This document shows positions 1-9,940 of a DNA stretch of 64,000 nt, piece by piece. The notes under the pieces are model-generated. The model was not told where the DNA came from. It made no database searches and was given only the letters and a program-made list of their open reading frames with translations. Position numbers and translations under genes: made by a program. Position 1 is the first letter of the stretch. Each line of letters opens with the position of its first letter. Source of the stretch: Escherichia phage Lw1; sequence record KC801932; one strand, 5' to 3'.

Positions 1-909
1 TTAGTAATGACTGAACCCTGCGGTTACATCAGTCATCACCTGATAACGGCATACACGCATTTTGGCGTTGTCGTAGTCTACAGGGATTGCCACCACGTCG
101 CGAGGATTTACCTTAACCTGAATCACTCGCCCACGTCCACCACCATAGTGAGGGAGATACGATTTTGCGGCAACATGCAGACCGCATGAACAGGTTTTGT
201 GTTTGTCTTCGTCTACCTGGTTGCGAGGCATTTTGACGATAGCGCCAGGGCTGTTATCGAACTTGCCTGTTGCCATATCCTTATAGTCTTCGCTAACGCG
301 TTTCCATGCGTAGAAATCACCGTCATCAGCTAATTCGATATCGTTATGCACCAGGAAGCCATAAAGCTGATACACAGCATCACGGGACGGGTTTTGCATC
401 AACTTTTCGAAGAAGTTGACCAGATGTTCGTATGGGCGTTCGTTGTACATTTCACGAACAATACGCTGCGTGATCCCGCTGTCAAACACGACATCTTTAT
501 ACATGACTTGGTGACCGATGATCTTGATATTACCTTTGCTGAACACCTTCAACGCCTGTTTGGTATTCAACAGCGCGGCTACACCTTCAATATCACCTTT
601 AGTCAGAAGAACATGCGCCTTTTCAAAGTTCGGATGGTTTGAATCAGCGGTGATAATCTCACCGTTTCGCACCAGAGTAATGAATGATTCAGAACCAATC
701 ATCTTAGAACCCGTATCCGTTTTCGGTAGCGGTTTCTGTTCTTCGTGTGCATATTTCGCGTGTTGTTCGGTAATAACGCGCCCGATTGTTCGGACGCTTA
801 CACCAAATTGTTTAGCCAGTGCGGTTTTGTTTGCGCTGGTTAGAAAGCCCTCATAGACTGCTTTCTTTTGTACATCATCGAGGATCTTAACAGTTCTCAT
901 TATTTCCAC
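1..909 (-). CDS. rIIB: rIIB protein
   Basis: 302-aa ORF directly downstream of rIIA on the same strand; C-terminal motifs (FYAWK, KMPR, GLHV..KSY, PRDVV.IP.DY.DAKMR) match T4 rIIB as recalled; stop at 1-3. Confidence 0.85.
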   Translation of the reverse strand: MEIMRTVKILDDVQKKAVYEGFLTSANKTALAKQFGVSVRTIGRVITEQHAKYAHEEQKPLPKTDTGSKMIGSESFITLVRNGEIITADSNHPNFEKAHVLLTKGDIEGVAALLNTKQALKVFSKGNIKIIGHQVMYKDVVFDSGITQRIVREMYNERPYEHLVNFFEKLMQNPSRDAVYQLYGFLVHNDIELADDGDFYAWKRVSEDYKDMATGKFDNSPGAIVKMPRNQVDEDKHKTCSCGLHVAAKSYLPHYGGGRGRVIQVKVNPRDVVAIPVDYDNAKMRVCRYQVMTDVTAGFSHY

Positions 910-3149
910 CGTATTAATTTTACCATATCATCAGTCATCGCTTTATCTCCCAGAATATACCGGATTTGATAGCCATCACTGTTTCTCAGGATTCGAGCAA
1001 TTAACGGATTGCGTTTAGCGAAAATCTCATATTGTTCGTCAACGCGTTCAATCATTGCATGTTCCATTTCTTCATGTCGGGCCTGTGCCACACGAATAGA
1101 CGGGTTCTTTGCTTCTGTCGTTTCACCGTCTTCTGTAGTCTGCATCAACACGTTACCATCAAGCGTGTTCAGAATGTTATAACGACGCGAATCATAACGG
1201 TTTTTAACCATGCGATCAAGGCTAATACCCAAATTTTCGTATAGTTCTTTAACGGAACCACGATACTTTTTCGAAACAAAAGCCGGATACCAGTTAGGTT
1301 TCATTTCTTTTGCAGTCTTGCAGAACAATTCAGCAAGGAACGTATCAAGACAAATCATGCTGCTGTCTGGGATCTTATTCCATAACGAATTACGGAGTGT
1401 ATACACCACACGAACACCAGAGATTTCCATCACAGTAGCCAGGTTATTCATGATGCTTGACATCGAGAAGTTATTCGACTCACTCAACGAACTGTAATCA
1501 TCAACACCATACAGACGCAATGCGTATGCAGATTCGAGGTTTACAAACTCCGCTTTCGTGAGGAACAAATCTTCTTTGTTCAAATCGCCATTGATCCCGA
1601 CCGTGTAACGGTATGCTGTCGGCGTTTTCGGACGCGGTTCAGAATCTTTATCGATTGTTTCGCGTGTTGCTCTCCAGCGACGGCGGCCCTCAGTATACAC
1701 TTCCAGTTCTTCCGTCATTTCACTGGTTTTCAGATAAACGATTTCAGATTCATCATAGTAACCGTTTTTGATGAAGTTCTGTAAATTATCCTGGTTTCTG
1801 TTCGGATCGTATTCAACAAAGTTCATACGGTCAGTTTTGTGAAGCATACAGTACCCGATAGCATACGCACGTACAGACTTCGCGTTGTTATCGTTCTGTA
1901 ACAGATACAGGTTTCTCTGCTTCCACGGGTGCAGCATACGCGTAATATCCTGGCGGCGCATAGTTTCTGATTTAAACGTTTCCCAACGACGACCGGAACC
2001 TGTGCGCTCAAAGCTGCAATCTTTCCCGTCATACGTGTTCGCCCAGTATCCCCAGATTTGCATATTTGTGATTAGATCTTTACTGTTGAAGTGCATCACC
2101 AGATCCGAAAGCGTAATATTACCAACTCTGAATTTCTTATCGCGGGTAACGAATGATTGCAGCATAGTAGGAAGATTCTGATACCAGATCACCTTTTCAC
2201 GCGTCGTTTTCAGTTTCGCAAAGTCTTCCGTCAGTTCAGAATAGTAACATTCGTTAATACCTTTCAGACGATCCAGAATAGCTTGCTTGGTGATTTTATC
2301 CAGACTCAGTTCTTCACGGGACGGCATGAAGTCCAGAGTACCCAGGGGGAAATCCAGAATGTAAGCATAATCGCTGTTCTGATAGCAATAGAACAGTGAA
2401 TCCCTGAACATATCCAAATCGATCGGATAGCAGATATTACCCATACGAGCGAACAGGCCAGAATAATGTTTTGACTTATAACGGATGATCCCGCGATTAT
2501 TTGCTTCTGTCGGTTGCCAGTTGATATCCAGTTGAACACCAATAAAGCGAGGACGAATAGTTGTAAACGCTTCGTAAACACGAGCGGCTTCACGTTCCCA
2601 TTCTGGGATATCTTCGACGTTAACCGGAACTGTTACCTGAACGCCGTTAGGTTCATCAGTTTCTACAGCATACAGCGGGTCAATGTACGGTTCGCCGTCT
2701 TCATTGAGGTAAGCAGTATAACCGCGCTTCATGCCGTCCTGAATTGATTCTACGGTGAATGTTGAGGTGTAGCAGAACGGTGATTTGCTACCCAGCCCCA
2801 ACGCCCCGATCAGGTCGTCGGTGTCGGTTTTGGTTGATTCGAAATAAACGGTGAATACTTCGTTCACCATGTAATCACTCAGGCCAGTACCGTAATCACG
2901 AACGATGAAACGAGGATCGAGAACAGTCGGTAACTGAACGTCAAAGCGATCCATGTTACCCGCTACGATATGGCCATCAATCGCGTTACAAGAAATCTCA
3001 CGAATGATTGCGCGGATCTTGTATTTGTAGATTGTGGATGAAAGGATTTTGAACGCTTTCTTACCTGCTCTCATTCCAAAAGCTCTACGGCTTCCAGACT
3101 CGATACCTACACGATGAACTGTGCTTGCTTGGCTTTCGCGTAACTTCAT
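900..3149 (-). CDS. rIIA: rIIA protein (HATPase-like N-terminal region)
   Basis: 749 aa, T4 rIIA-sized; N-terminal NAIDGH-type ATPase motif; rIIA-rIIB adjacency. Confidence 0.85.
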   Translation of the reverse strand: MKLRESQASTVHRVGIESGSRRAFGMRAGKKAFKILSSTIYKYKIRAIIREISCNAIDGHIVAGNMDRFDVQLPTVLDPRFIVRDYGTGLSDYMVNEVFTVYFESTKTDTDDLIGALGLGSKSPFCYTSTFTVESIQDGMKRGYTAYLNEDGEPYIDPLYAVETDEPNGVQVTVPVNVEDIPEWEREAARVYEAFTTIRPRFIGVQLDINWQPTEANNRGIIRYKSKHYSGLFARMGNICYPIDLDMFRDSLFYCYQNSDYAYILDFPLGTLDFMPSREELSLDKITKQAILDRLKGINECYYSELTEDFAKLKTTREKVIWYQNLPTMLQSFVTRDKKFRVGNITLSDLVMHFNSKDLITNMQIWGYWANTYDGKDCSFERTGSGRRWETFKSETMRRQDITRMLHPWKQRNLYLLQNDNNAKSVRAYAIGYCMLHKTDRMNFVEYDPNRNQDNLQNFIKNGYYDESEIVYLKTSEMTEELEVYTEGRRRWRATRETIDKDSEPRPKTPTAYRYTVGINGDLNKEDLFLTKAEFVNLESAYALRLYGVDDYSSLSESNNFSMSSIMNNLATVMEISGVRVVYTLRNSLWNKIPDSSMICLDTFLAELFCKTAKEMKPNWYPAFVSKKYRGSVKELYENLGISLDRMVKNRYDSRRYNILNTLDGNVLMQTTEDGETTEAKNPSIRVAQARHEEMEHAMIERVDEQYEIFAKRNPLIARILRNSDGYQIRYILGDKAMTDDMVKLIRWK

Positions 3150-3159
3150 TGTTTATATC

Positions 3160-3393
3160 TCACTTGTTGAAAATAATGTTTTCGCATGAATACTTTGTCG
3201 GTTTCTTGTCGATACCGTATTCAAGCGGTGTACACATACGATCCATATAATCGTAAATTTCTTGTTTGCGTTTTTCGTCCTTTTTCATTTCAAGGATACC
3301 AAAAACGATAGCAGTCACAAAACACATAGCGATAGTTGAAAGAATAACGATAGCTACGTATTTTGATGTGTTTGGTGCGCTGCATGGTCTCAT
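3160..3393 (-). CDS. small membrane protein (rIIA.1 position)
   Basis: 77 aa with one hydrophobic helix; ATG overlaps upstream stop as ATGA. Confidence 0.5.
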   Translation of the reverse strand: MRPCSAPNTSKYVAIVILSTIAMCFVTAIVFGILEMKKDEKRKQEIYDYMDRMCTPLEYGIDKKPTKYSCENIIFNK

Positions 3394-3656
3394 TGTAACA
3401 CCTTCGCAAATTCCTGTGAAGTCAGTTTACGGGCAACTAAACGCCCTTTTGTTGATGCTTTATGGCCTACCATATACATCGTGGAAATGTTGCGTTTTCC
3501 TGATTGGATTTCATTATACATCTTTTCCGGCATGGTTGATTGATAAACTTCACCGTTTGATGTTTTCAGGAACATAGCATAAACATGGTCATCTTTCTTT
3601 TCGATGATTTCTTTTTCACGAACACGAACCTTAGACGATGTTGGTTTAGCACCCAA
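3390..3656 (-). CDS. hypothetical protein; in-frame continuation of the SprT-like ORF after a TGA
   Basis: 88 codons in the same frame as 3675..3932, separated by TGA plus 6 codons; track start is TTG. Confidence 0.35.
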   Translation of the reverse strand: MGAKPTSSKVRVREKEIIEKKDDHVYAMFLKTSNGEVYQSTMPEKMYNEIQSGKRNISTMYMVGHKASTKGRLVARKLTSQEFAKVLQ

Positions 3657-3674
3657 TTCAATAGCCTTTCTTTG

Positions 3675-3932
3675 TCATACAGGTCCGTGTCCAGCACCAT
3701 AACCAACAAGGGCATGTGCGATTTCGTGCATAAGAGTATCCAAAATGCAATCGTAGGTATCTTCTTCAACATGTTTCCGGCGTAACTGGATCTCTCTTTT
3801 GGAGTAACTGCAACAACCCAGAGTAGTTTTCAAACGTCCGTTAATTTTGAATGACCAATCAGACAAACCATGTTTAGCCATGATGCTTTTGGCCCAAAGA
3901 ATAATTTCCATGTCGCTACGAGTTTTGAACAT
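3675..3932 (-). CDS. SprT-like zinc metallopeptidase domain protein (N-terminal part)
   Basis: DTLMHEIAHALVGYGAGHG contains HExxH plus a downstream His; ends at TGA with the frame open beyond. Confidence 0.55.
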   Translation of the reverse strand: MFKTRSDMEIILWAKSIMAKHGLSDWSFKINGRLKTTLGCCSYSKREIQLRRKHVEEDTYDCILDTLMHEIAHALVGYGAGHGPV

Positions 3933-3959
3933 TTTACATCCTCCTGTGTTTACGGGAGT

Positions 3960-3993
3960 AATATAACAAAAAAGCCCCTGCTATGCAAGGGCT
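3960..3993 (-). promoter_or_regulatory. terminator hairpin with embedded promoter (-35 TTGCAT, 17 bp, -10 TATATT)
   Basis: minus-sense AAGCCCTTGCATAGCAGGGGCTTTTTTGTTATATT between gene 52 stop and the SprT-like ORF. Confidence 0.45.
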
Positions 3994-4002
3994 TGATGTA
4001 AA

Positions 4003-5292
4003 CTATTTCAATTTCTTCGAAAGTTCTTTCAAGTCATTGAGATATTCAATTTTCGGGGTTGTTGTTTCCCAGTATTTCAGTTGCTTACGCAGTTCGTTCG
4101 CTTCGTCTTCCAGCTTTTGACGTTCGTCCGTGGTTAGATGATAGATGTTCATCGCAACCAGAATTTCGGCGTGGTTCTCACAACCAGTCCACGTAGAGAC
4201 AAGTTTAACCGCTTCGCTGCGACTAAGCCCCTTCAACGCGTCAGGCTGTGCGATCATCTGGTCGATGAAGTCAACCTTCGCTAATGCCTTAGCCAGCGCT
4301 TCTTTAGCTTCCTGAATACGTTTTTCAATGCGCTGCTGGTAAACCGTCATACGGATATCAACGAAGTCTTTCAGCAACGTTTCAGGACGTTCATACGAAT
4401 GCAGTTTTCCGTTGAAGATAACGTTGATGTTCGGGTTTGAGTTCTCAATCAATCCGAAATCTTTCAGGATCTTCTCATGGGTAAGCCCGTTGGCATATTC
4501 GCGTTTAAGGGTTATCTCATAGCGGAAATCTTCTTTCGATAGATCCTTGTAGCTTACGATATAACCTTTCTCTTCCAGTTTATCCAGAATGGAGATATAT
4601 TTCACGCGGTCATACTTGACCGGAATCTCAGTAATCACCAGTTTGGTTTTGCCCTGGAGTTCGAATTTACCGTACATCGTACCGTCTTTAATATCGCCTT
4701 TAAAGTGCGGATATTTCAGATCTAACGCGAAATCTTTCCCATTCAGGTAACTAATACACCCATTCAGAACCGATACCGGATCATGTGGTGGAATGTTGGT
4801 AGCGTATGCTTTCGCGATCCCGCTGAACCCGTTAACCAATACCATCGGAATGATAGGCAGATAATAGGCAGGCGGTACGTGTTCAGGGTCTTCATGCGGA
4901 AGAGTTAAATCTTCGTCCATGTAGATAGCCTTGAACAGCGGAGACAGCTTACATTTGATGTAACGCGGTGCGCCTGGCTTCTTAACCAGACGGGAACCAA
5001 AGAACCCATCACGTTCGAAAAGCGGGATGTTGTTGCACCAGTGCGCCGCCATGAGAGACAACGCTTCTTCAACGGATGTTTCCCCGTGGTGATAACCATA
5101 CATAGCAACACCGCCAGCGATAGAGGCTACTTTCTGGAAGCCTGTACCGCCTTTTGCAGCGGAATGTATGAAGAAACGGTGAACGGGTTTGAACCCGTCT
5201 ACCAGGTGCGGGATCGCACGAGAATAAATTGTGTAAAGGGCAAACGTAAGCCCTTCAACCTGCACAACGTCTTTAATACTTCGTTCCATCAA
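4003..5292 (-). CDS. 52: DNA topoisomerase II medium subunit (GyrA-like)
   Basis: 429 aa; FKPVHRF, SIAGG, GYHHGE, FGSR, HVPPAYYLPIIP motifs as in T4 gp52. Confidence 0.9.
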   Translation of the reverse strand: MMERSIKDVVQVEGLTFALYTIYSRAIPHLVDGFKPVHRFFIHSAAKGGTGFQKVASIAGGVAMYGYHHGETSVEEALSLMAAHWCNNIPLFERDGFFGSRLVKKPGAPRYIKCKLSPLFKAIYMDEDLTLPHEDPEHVPPAYYLPIIPMVLVNGFSGIAKAYATNIPPHDPVSVLNGCISYLNGKDFALDLKYPHFKGDIKDGTMYGKFELQGKTKLVITEIPVKYDRVKYISILDKLEEKGYIVSYKDLSKEDFRYEITLKREYANGLTHEKILKDFGLIENSNPNINVIFNGKLHSYERPETLLKDFVDIRMTVYQQRIEKRIQEAKEALAKALAKVDFIDQMIAQPDALKGLSRSEAVKLVSTWTGCENHAEILVAMNIYHLTTDERQKLEDEANELRKQLKYWETTTPKIEYLNDLKELSKKLK

Positions 5293-7190
5293 TCAACCCT
5301 TGAAAATTTATGTTTTCCGTTTACCCAGTCTTTACGCGGATCGGAATCATCACCGAAACACAGTTCCAGAACGTCTTTGTATTCGTCGCCCAGTACGATT
5401 GTATCGTATTTCAACTGGTCGCCCAACACCCGATCGTAATCTTCTTTACGCAAAGAACCCAGCCCTTTGATGTATCGTACCTCTTTCGCTTTATCACGGA
5501 AAGGCGTGAAATCGTCCAGAGAGTAGAACCATTTTTCTTCACGTCCGACTTTCGCAATGATAATCGGTGTGCGAATATACCGGATCTTTTTCTTCGCGAA
5601 CAACTCAGGCCAACGGCTAAAGAATGCAATTAACAGGGTGAGAATATCGCCCCCGTCAACGTCAGCATCCACCATGATCCCGATGTTGTCGTAAGTCATT
5701 TCGGACGAGTCGCCTGGATGGAGATTCAGGATCGCCATTAACTCGAATAATTCTTTGTTTTTGAGAATGTCGGAAATGCTCATTCCCCAGGTGTTCAACG
5801 GTTTGCCACGTAGCGGAAACGCGCCTTGTGTCTCTTCGTTTCTGCACTCGATAAACTGCCCCACAGCGGAATCACCTTCCGTCAGAAACAAAGTGGTTTC
5901 GACTCCATCGGTATCAATTCCTGATGCTGGAACATGTTTTGCAACCTTCGCCTTTTTCGCTTTCTTTTTCGCTTTCGTAATGGCTGCTGCTTCTGCTGCC
6001 TGTTTGCGAATCAAAGCGGACTCGATGATCGGAGTGATTATTTCAGAAGTATCCATAATCTGTTTCGCGATCTTCTTGTAGTTCAGTCCGGCGTGGTTGT
6101 TGAACTCCCCAGCAGTGTTTGTCAGTTTTTCTTTCGTCTGACTATCAAAAGCTGGTGCATTGAAGTTATGCAAAAACACGACCAAAGTCAAACATTCTTT
6201 TACACGGGCTTTCGGGATCTCGATAGCGTGTTTCTTCTTGATCATCGGTTCCAGTTCGGCATAGATACCATCGATCATGCAATCGACGTGTACACCACCG
6301 TTTTTTGTGTCAAGACCGTTGACAAATGATTTCTGTTTGAACCCGTCTTCTGTGCTTGCCAGGATGAAACTGATTTTGTTGTTTGTCTGAACAATCGTTT
6401 TCTCTCCGTACATCGCACCATACATCGCGAATTTATTCGGGAGAACTTCATTGTTGTACGTAAATTTAACCGAAGGGAATGCCACTGCAAGCGCCATAAG
6501 GCGATCTTTGATGACTTCCTTTGTTTCTTCATCGATACCATCCACACCGAAGATAGAGAAATCAGGGGTAAACTTAACAGTGGTTCCCTGTTCTTTCGTC
6601 GGGCTGGTTCGGTAATCCATGTTCTGTGCGCCGTCAGTACAGTTGATAGTTACTTTGCGCTTACCGTTGGATGTCTCACCGATAAAGATTGAACTGTAAC
6701 AGTTCGTCAGGAAAGAACCTACACCGTTCATCCCCATTGTTACGCGGTTTTCATCATCGAAGTTCGAACCTGATTTTGCCATAGTCCATGCTGCAACAGG
6801 TTTAGGGACGATTTTACCTTCCGGCGTTCTTACGTCATCTTGGGGGATGCCTCGCCCGTTGTCGGAGATTGTCACCAAATTATGATCAATCTTCACTTCG
6901 ATTTTGTTCGCGAATTTAAAATCTGTGCGGATCGCTTCGTCAATAGAGTTATCGAGGATTTCGTTGATGATTTTCACCAGACCTTCGACATATTCCACTT
7001 TGCGGAACTTACCCTGAATGAAGCGTTCGTGTGCTTCTCGGTTCACTGAACCCACATACATGTTAGGACGTTTGCGAATGTGATCGCGATCACTTAGGCA
7101 GAATGATTCATCGACTTCCACGCCTTTTGGCGTTTCCGGTACTTTCTGCGGTTCTTCTTCGTCCATTAAGAAATCTAAACTCATATTCAC
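5289..7190 (-). CDS. 39: DNA topoisomerase II large subunit (GyrB-like, gene 39 fused with gene-60 portion)
   Basis: 633 aa; N-terminus parallels T4 gp39 (MY.GS, HERF, NS.DE.IRT.FKFANKI, DNGRGIPQ); longer than T4 gp39 alone, so uninterrupted 39/60. Confidence 0.9.
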   Translation of the reverse strand: MNMSLDFLMDEEEPQKVPETPKGVEVDESFCLSDRDHIRKRPNMYVGSVNREAHERFIQGKFRKVEYVEGLVKIINEILDNSIDEAIRTDFKFANKIEVKIDHNLVTISDNGRGIPQDDVRTPEGKIVPKPVAAWTMAKSGSNFDDENRVTMGMNGVGSFLTNCYSSIFIGETSNGKRKVTINCTDGAQNMDYRTSPTKEQGTTVKFTPDFSIFGVDGIDEETKEVIKDRLMALAVAFPSVKFTYNNEVLPNKFAMYGAMYGEKTIVQTNNKISFILASTEDGFKQKSFVNGLDTKNGGVHVDCMIDGIYAELEPMIKKKHAIEIPKARVKECLTLVVFLHNFNAPAFDSQTKEKLTNTAGEFNNHAGLNYKKIAKQIMDTSEIITPIIESALIRKQAAEAAAITKAKKKAKKAKVAKHVPASGIDTDGVETTLFLTEGDSAVGQFIECRNEETQGAFPLRGKPLNTWGMSISDILKNKELFELMAILNLHPGDSSEMTYDNIGIMVDADVDGGDILTLLIAFFSRWPELFAKKKIRYIRTPIIIAKVGREEKWFYSLDDFTPFRDKAKEVRYIKGLGSLRKEDYDRVLGDQLKYDTIVLGDEYKDVLELCFGDDSDPRKDWVNGKHKFSRVD

Positions 7191-7249
7191 CTCTTTGTTA
7201 GTTCAGTCATTATATAGGGTTCTATGAAAAAGAAAACCCCTTTCGGGGT

Positions 7250-7459
7250 TTAAGCATCTTTGATTTTTTGAAGAATGGGTATCAGTTCTTCAACTTGCAT
7301 TCGTGTTAACGCGATCTCAAAACCGTATTGGTTAATTCGCGTGATTTGCGACACCGATTCTGAATCAAATTCAACAATCAGTTTGTCGCAATATTCTTGC
7401 GGTTGAAACCCATCAGCATACCCGTAATCGTCGGGTATGGTTTCGTTTATTTTAGACAT
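7250..7459 (-). CDS. hypothetical protein
   Basis: ATG start 4 codons inside the track ORF (MSKINETIP...); intercistronic hairpin at its 3' end. Confidence 0.5.
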   Translation of the reverse strand: MSKINETIPDDYGYADGFQPQEYCDKLIVEFDSESVSQITRINQYGFEIALTRMQVEELIPILQKIKDA

Positions 7460-7613
7460 AGGGAAAGCCACCTTTTACCATTTGGGGCTTATCAACTGTT
7501 CGATGTGCTTCGCCCCCGCATTCACAGTCCTTTGGTGCATCGCGGGTCGCAATGCTGGACATTTTCGGGAACTCTTTTTCACACTTTTTGCATTTATAGG
7601 TATAAGTCGGCAT
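7452..7613 (-). CDS. small zinc-ribbon protein (FmdB-like)
   Basis: 53-aa ORF absent from track: MPTYTYKCKKCEKEF...CECGG; TAATG overlap with upstream gene. Confidence 0.45.
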   Translation of the reverse strand: MPTYTYKCKKCEKEFPKMSSIATRDAPKDCECGGEAHRTVDKPQMVKGGFPYV

Positions 7614-8050
7614 TAATAGATCTCTTTTAAACTCAACATATCAATAAGATTAGCTCTACGCATATCAAACACACATTGTGATTTACCTGCATACAACCGA
7701 TCAACTTCATATACCATACAAACGAAACCACAATTGTGTAAGCGTTCGCGTTCGTATTTGTTAAACCATTTTGACAGTTTAGGCAATGAAGCAAATCCGA
7801 AATGAAATCCATCGAAACCGTCACCATTAAGACTACGAGAAAGTCGCAGATCTTCCCAAGGGGCCGGATGTCGGTCGTCGTCAATGGATACACAAGGACG
7901 AGGATTAATATAAAATTGTTCTAACCATTTTAACGTTTTGTTGTTTATTACTTGCGTTACGTATGGCCCGATATTGCGAGTCCATTGCGTTTTTCCACAA
8001 TTCTGATCACGAATAACAGAAACGTTCAATTCAACACGGTAGACTAACAT
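7613..8050 (-). CDS. hypothetical protein
   Basis: 145 aa; ATG preceded by GAGGA. Confidence 0.55.
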   Translation of the reverse strand: MLVYRVELNVSVIRDQNCGKTQWTRNIGPYVTQVINNKTLKWLEQFYINPRPCVSIDDDRHPAPWEDLRLSRSLNGDGFDGFHFGFASLPKLSKWFNKYERERLHNCGFVCMVYEVDRLYAGKSQCVFDMRRANLIDMLSLKEIY

Positions 8051-8070
8051 TATATAATCCTCACAATTGA

Positions 8071-8718
8071 TTAACTACAGGTATCGTACCACTTCTGTAG
8101 TTTCTTCGCAACAAGTTTATTCACTACTTGCGCGATTTCGTGCGTTCCGTGGGTTGCGTTCAGTTCCAGGTAGATGACATCCAGAGCGCACAGGATCACA
8201 TCAACGCTTTCCTCTACGATGTTACCGCCTCGCTGGGGCTGAATGATACATTCAGACACTTCCCCAACTTCTGCCGCCATGTGATGCACTACGTCGCTTT
8301 TGTGGCGTTTCTTAACCCGGTGCGCAACCTTAAAGAAGTCATCCAGCACAACAGAAGTTGATTCACGCGGGGCGACCTCGCCTCCTGCTGTTGCTTCTTC
8401 CAGAATTTTTCTGAACAGTTCTGGAACAACAATATCGTTTCTTGGCGCTTCTGCTTCTTCTGCTTCTTCGCGTGTTGCGATGTATACCGGATTAAACAGG
8501 GTTTTCAGCGTGTCAAACGTAACCGGACAGGGGATGCCCTCAAGATAAACTGAGTTCAGCATTACAATGCTGATTTTACGCGGCGCGTTGAAGTCCATCG
8601 GATTCTTGCGCAATGCTTCATAGATACGACGAACCGGATCGGTCGGTTTGCACGTTTGCACAACCGCTAAGAAAATCGATTTCGGGGCGTACATGTCGCC
8701 TACTTTATACTTGCTCAT
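8071..8718 (-). CDS. hypothetical protein
   Basis: 215 aa from internal ATG (MSKYKVGD); TAATG junction with upstream gene; acidic-helical C-terminal half. Confidence 0.55.
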   Translation of the reverse strand: MSKYKVGDMYAPKSIFLAVVQTCKPTDPVRRIYEALRKNPMDFNAPRKISIVMLNSVYLEGIPCPVTFDTLKTLFNPVYIATREEAEEAEAPRNDIVVPELFRKILEEATAGGEVAPRESTSVVLDDFFKVAHRVKKRHKSDVVHHMAAEVGEVSECIIQPQRGGNIVEESVDVILCALDVIYLELNATHGTHEIAQVVNKLVAKKLQKWYDTCS

Positions 8719-8989
8719 TAACAATACCTTTATAGTAACCAAAAATAAAACAGTTCACGGTCGGACGTTCGCCAGGGAAATGAACACACTGCATGATGCG
8801 TTCAGCCATTAAAACATCGTCAAGATACACGCACGTTGTTTCTTCGTGATAATGGCTGTCATATGATGTACGCTTAACCATGCCAGGCAAACCAGCAATG
8901 TGCATGAATTTGGCGTTGCTGCACGGCTTTCCTGGCTTATCGTCGTAACATAACACTACATTCGTTTTGCTGTTCTTTGGTCTGCTCAT
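8705..8989 (-). CDS. hypothetical protein
   Basis: 94 aa; ATGA overlap with upstream gene. Confidence 0.5.
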   Translation of the reverse strand: MSRPKNSKTNVVLCYDDKPGKPCSNAKFMHIAGLPGMVKRTSYDSHYHEETTCVYLDDVLMAERIMQCVHFPGERPTVNCFIFGYYKGIVNEQV

Positions 8990-9576
8990 TTGTTCACAAC
9001 CTCATTATATGTTTTCAAATTCCATTCATGCACTTCCGGCACTTTGGAGTAATGATCCAGAAAAATTAACTGGACTTGCATAACACTAGCACGGCTCATA
9101 TTGAAAAGGAAGCGCTGAGGCGATGAAATACACAGATAATCTTCTGTGATCCCTCTGCTCGCGGTAAATTCCTTTGTTTCTCCACCGTCGAATTTTGCAT
9201 AAACGCTAGTGGAGAAGTACGGGGCGAAAAGATTACGCTTTTCGTCGTCAGTAATCGCGCTAAAACATGCGCTGACGAGTTTTCCAGTCCCTTCCCTTGT
9301 GACGGTGAAGGTTGTTCCCTTCGTGCGTCCTAAGACGTTCACAACGCGTTCTGTGACATCACCGAAAGCGTTCGTATAATTAACAGTTTCGACAAATCCG
9401 TGATCGCGCCTTTCCTGCAACATCTTTTCATGTTGGGCTATTGAATCTTGTTCAGCGGCTTGTTCTGCTGCTTGATAAACTGCTTTATTCGGATCTCTTG
9501 ATTGCCATGCGAAGAAAAACACTCCAGCGGCTATCAGTCCAAAAATTGCAAATCGTGCGGTTCCTGATAGTTTCAT
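8986..9576 (-). CDS. membrane-anchored or secreted protein
   Basis: 196 aa from internal ATG (MKLSGTARFAIFGLIAAGVFFFA = signal/anchor); track N-terminal extension overlaps the next gene in another frame. Confidence 0.5.
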   Translation of the reverse strand: MKLSGTARFAIFGLIAAGVFFFAWQSRDPNKAVYQAAEQAAEQDSIAQHEKMLQERRDHGFVETVNYTNAFGDVTERVVNVLGRTKGTTFTVTREGTGKLVSACFSAITDDEKRNLFAPYFSTSVYAKFDGGETKEFTASRGITEDYLCISSPQRFLFNMSRASVMQVQLIFLDHYSKVPEVHEWNLKTYNEVVNK

Positions 9577-9610
9577 TTTCTTTTCCAGAAAGGGGCCGAA
9601 GCCCCTTAGT

Positions 9611-9940
9611 TTAGCGTAAGTATTTGACATACCCAGATGAATCGATGCTGTTTTCTGGGTTGTTGAAGATGTTACCACGAATACCCTTAGCAGGTGCTTT
9701 CCAGCCAGCGGCTTTGTAGATATTCCCGTCATTATCCAGGAATCCGGCAACTGAACGCTGGTTGAACATTCCACCAGTTTCTTTGTTGCGAGTATCCTGC
9801 ACGATGCGATGATACTTACGACCTTTCTCCAGAGTAAAAACAGTTTCAAACGGAGAATCTTGGAAACGTGCGTTACGAGCAACGAACATCGCGTTCAGGT
9901 AAGGTGCTGCGGCGTTAGCGAGAGTTTCAAAAGTATTCAT
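9611..9940 (-). CDS. hypothetical protein
   Basis: 109 aa; AAGGAG before ATG; shares upstream element CTTTGATATAGTTACCCCATCGAAAC with the 10226 gene. Confidence 0.5.
   Translation of the reverse strand: MNTFETLANAAAPYLNAMFVARNARFQDSPFETVFTLEKGRKYHRIVQDTRNKETGGMFNQRSVAGFLDNDGNIYKAAGWKAPAKGIRGNIFNNPENSIDSSGYVKYLR

Noticed and set aside
346-856. Plus-strand ORFs 346..642 and 518..856 inside rIIB
   Set aside because: Antisense to a well-supported gene; no SD; typical shadow ORFs.
5041-6329. Several plus-strand ORFs (5041..5439, 5310..5633, 5755..6081, 5934..6329) inside the topoisomerase genes
   Set aside because: Antisense shadows within gp52/gp39 coding sequence.
8986-9882. Full 298-aa version of track ORF 8986..9882
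   Set aside because: N-terminal 102 residues overlap gene 9611..9940 in another frame and precede a clear signal-peptide start with its own SD; trimmed to 8986..9576.
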